A stretch of DNA of 45,449 bases from an uncultured Dehalococcoidales bacterium (lineage in GTDB: Bacteria > Chloroflexota > Dehalococcoidia > GIF9 > UBA5629), in assembly GCA_964545945.1 (NCBI GenBank), contig CAZJID010000003.1:1-45449 (forward strand), in the 5' to 3' direction. Under the pieces are notes generated by a model. It was not told the DNA's origin. It made no database searches and saw only the letters and a program-made list of their open reading frames with translations. Positions within the stretch are counted from its first letter, which is position 1. Each line of letters starts with the position of its first letter. Positions 45,316-45,449 of this stretch are shown here, piece after piece. The translations under genes and the position numbers were made by a program.

Positions 45316-45391
45316 TGTAGGGACGGGTCTTTAGACCCGCCCGAACGTCATATAACAAGTAAAGGGGCGGACTTAAAAATCCGCCCCTACA
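45316..45391. repeat. GTAG-family REP inverted doublet (REPIN)
   Basis: TGTAGGGACGGGTC-TTTA-GACCCGCCC ... GGGGCGGA-CTTAAAAA-TCCGCCCCTACA. Confidence 0.8.
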
Positions 45392-45449
45392 TTTCAACGG
45401 GGCTTGGTTGGTCGCTGTCGGTTTCGACGACTTTTTTCAATGCCGATAT
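45387..45449 (-). CDS. Probable 3' end of a convergent gene entering from the right edge
   Basis: Open frame ISALKKVVETDSDQPSPVEM*, with its TAG supplied by the REP GTAG motif. Confidence 0.35.
   Translation of the reverse strand: MSALKKVVETDSDQPSPVEM

Overview
Bacterial chromosomal window, mostly minus-strand genes. Gene content and style (multi-PAS kinases, DUF5679, Bcr/Hgd-type clusters) suggest an anaerobe such as Dehalococcoidia (Chloroflexota); this is an inference. Contents in order: a four-gene class I benzoyl-CoA reductase/2-hydroxyacyl-CoA dehydratase-like cluster with two different activases; a PncA-PncB fusion; purF-purM-purH; a hydrolase and tlyA; an HTH plus two PAS histidine kinases; a small 4-Cys DUF5679 gene missed by the ORF track; AlkD-like and phytoene-desaturase-like genes; a MacB/LolCDE-type ABC system followed by a truncated GT2 gene; an AT-rich insert with an RxxxxH (HEPN-like) protein; a nine-gene lipid operon (MaoC pair, plsX, ACP, fabL, divergent fabF, fabG, fakB, fakA) with a structured leader; a menA-like prenyltransferase paired with a TIGR04190-like B12 radical SAM enzyme; acyl-CoA dehydrogenase, carboxyltransferase and methyltransferase; and hisA-hisI. 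Intergenic spaces hold several REP/RPE-like palindrome families. I saw no rRNA, tRNA, CRISPR array, integrase or transposase. Best candidates for undescribed biology: the FabZ/FabH/FabD-less Fak-PlsX-FASII operon, the MenA plus B12 radical SAM pair, the Bcr-like four-gene enzyme and the PncA-PncB fusion. All family calls come from motif recognition; no database searches were run.
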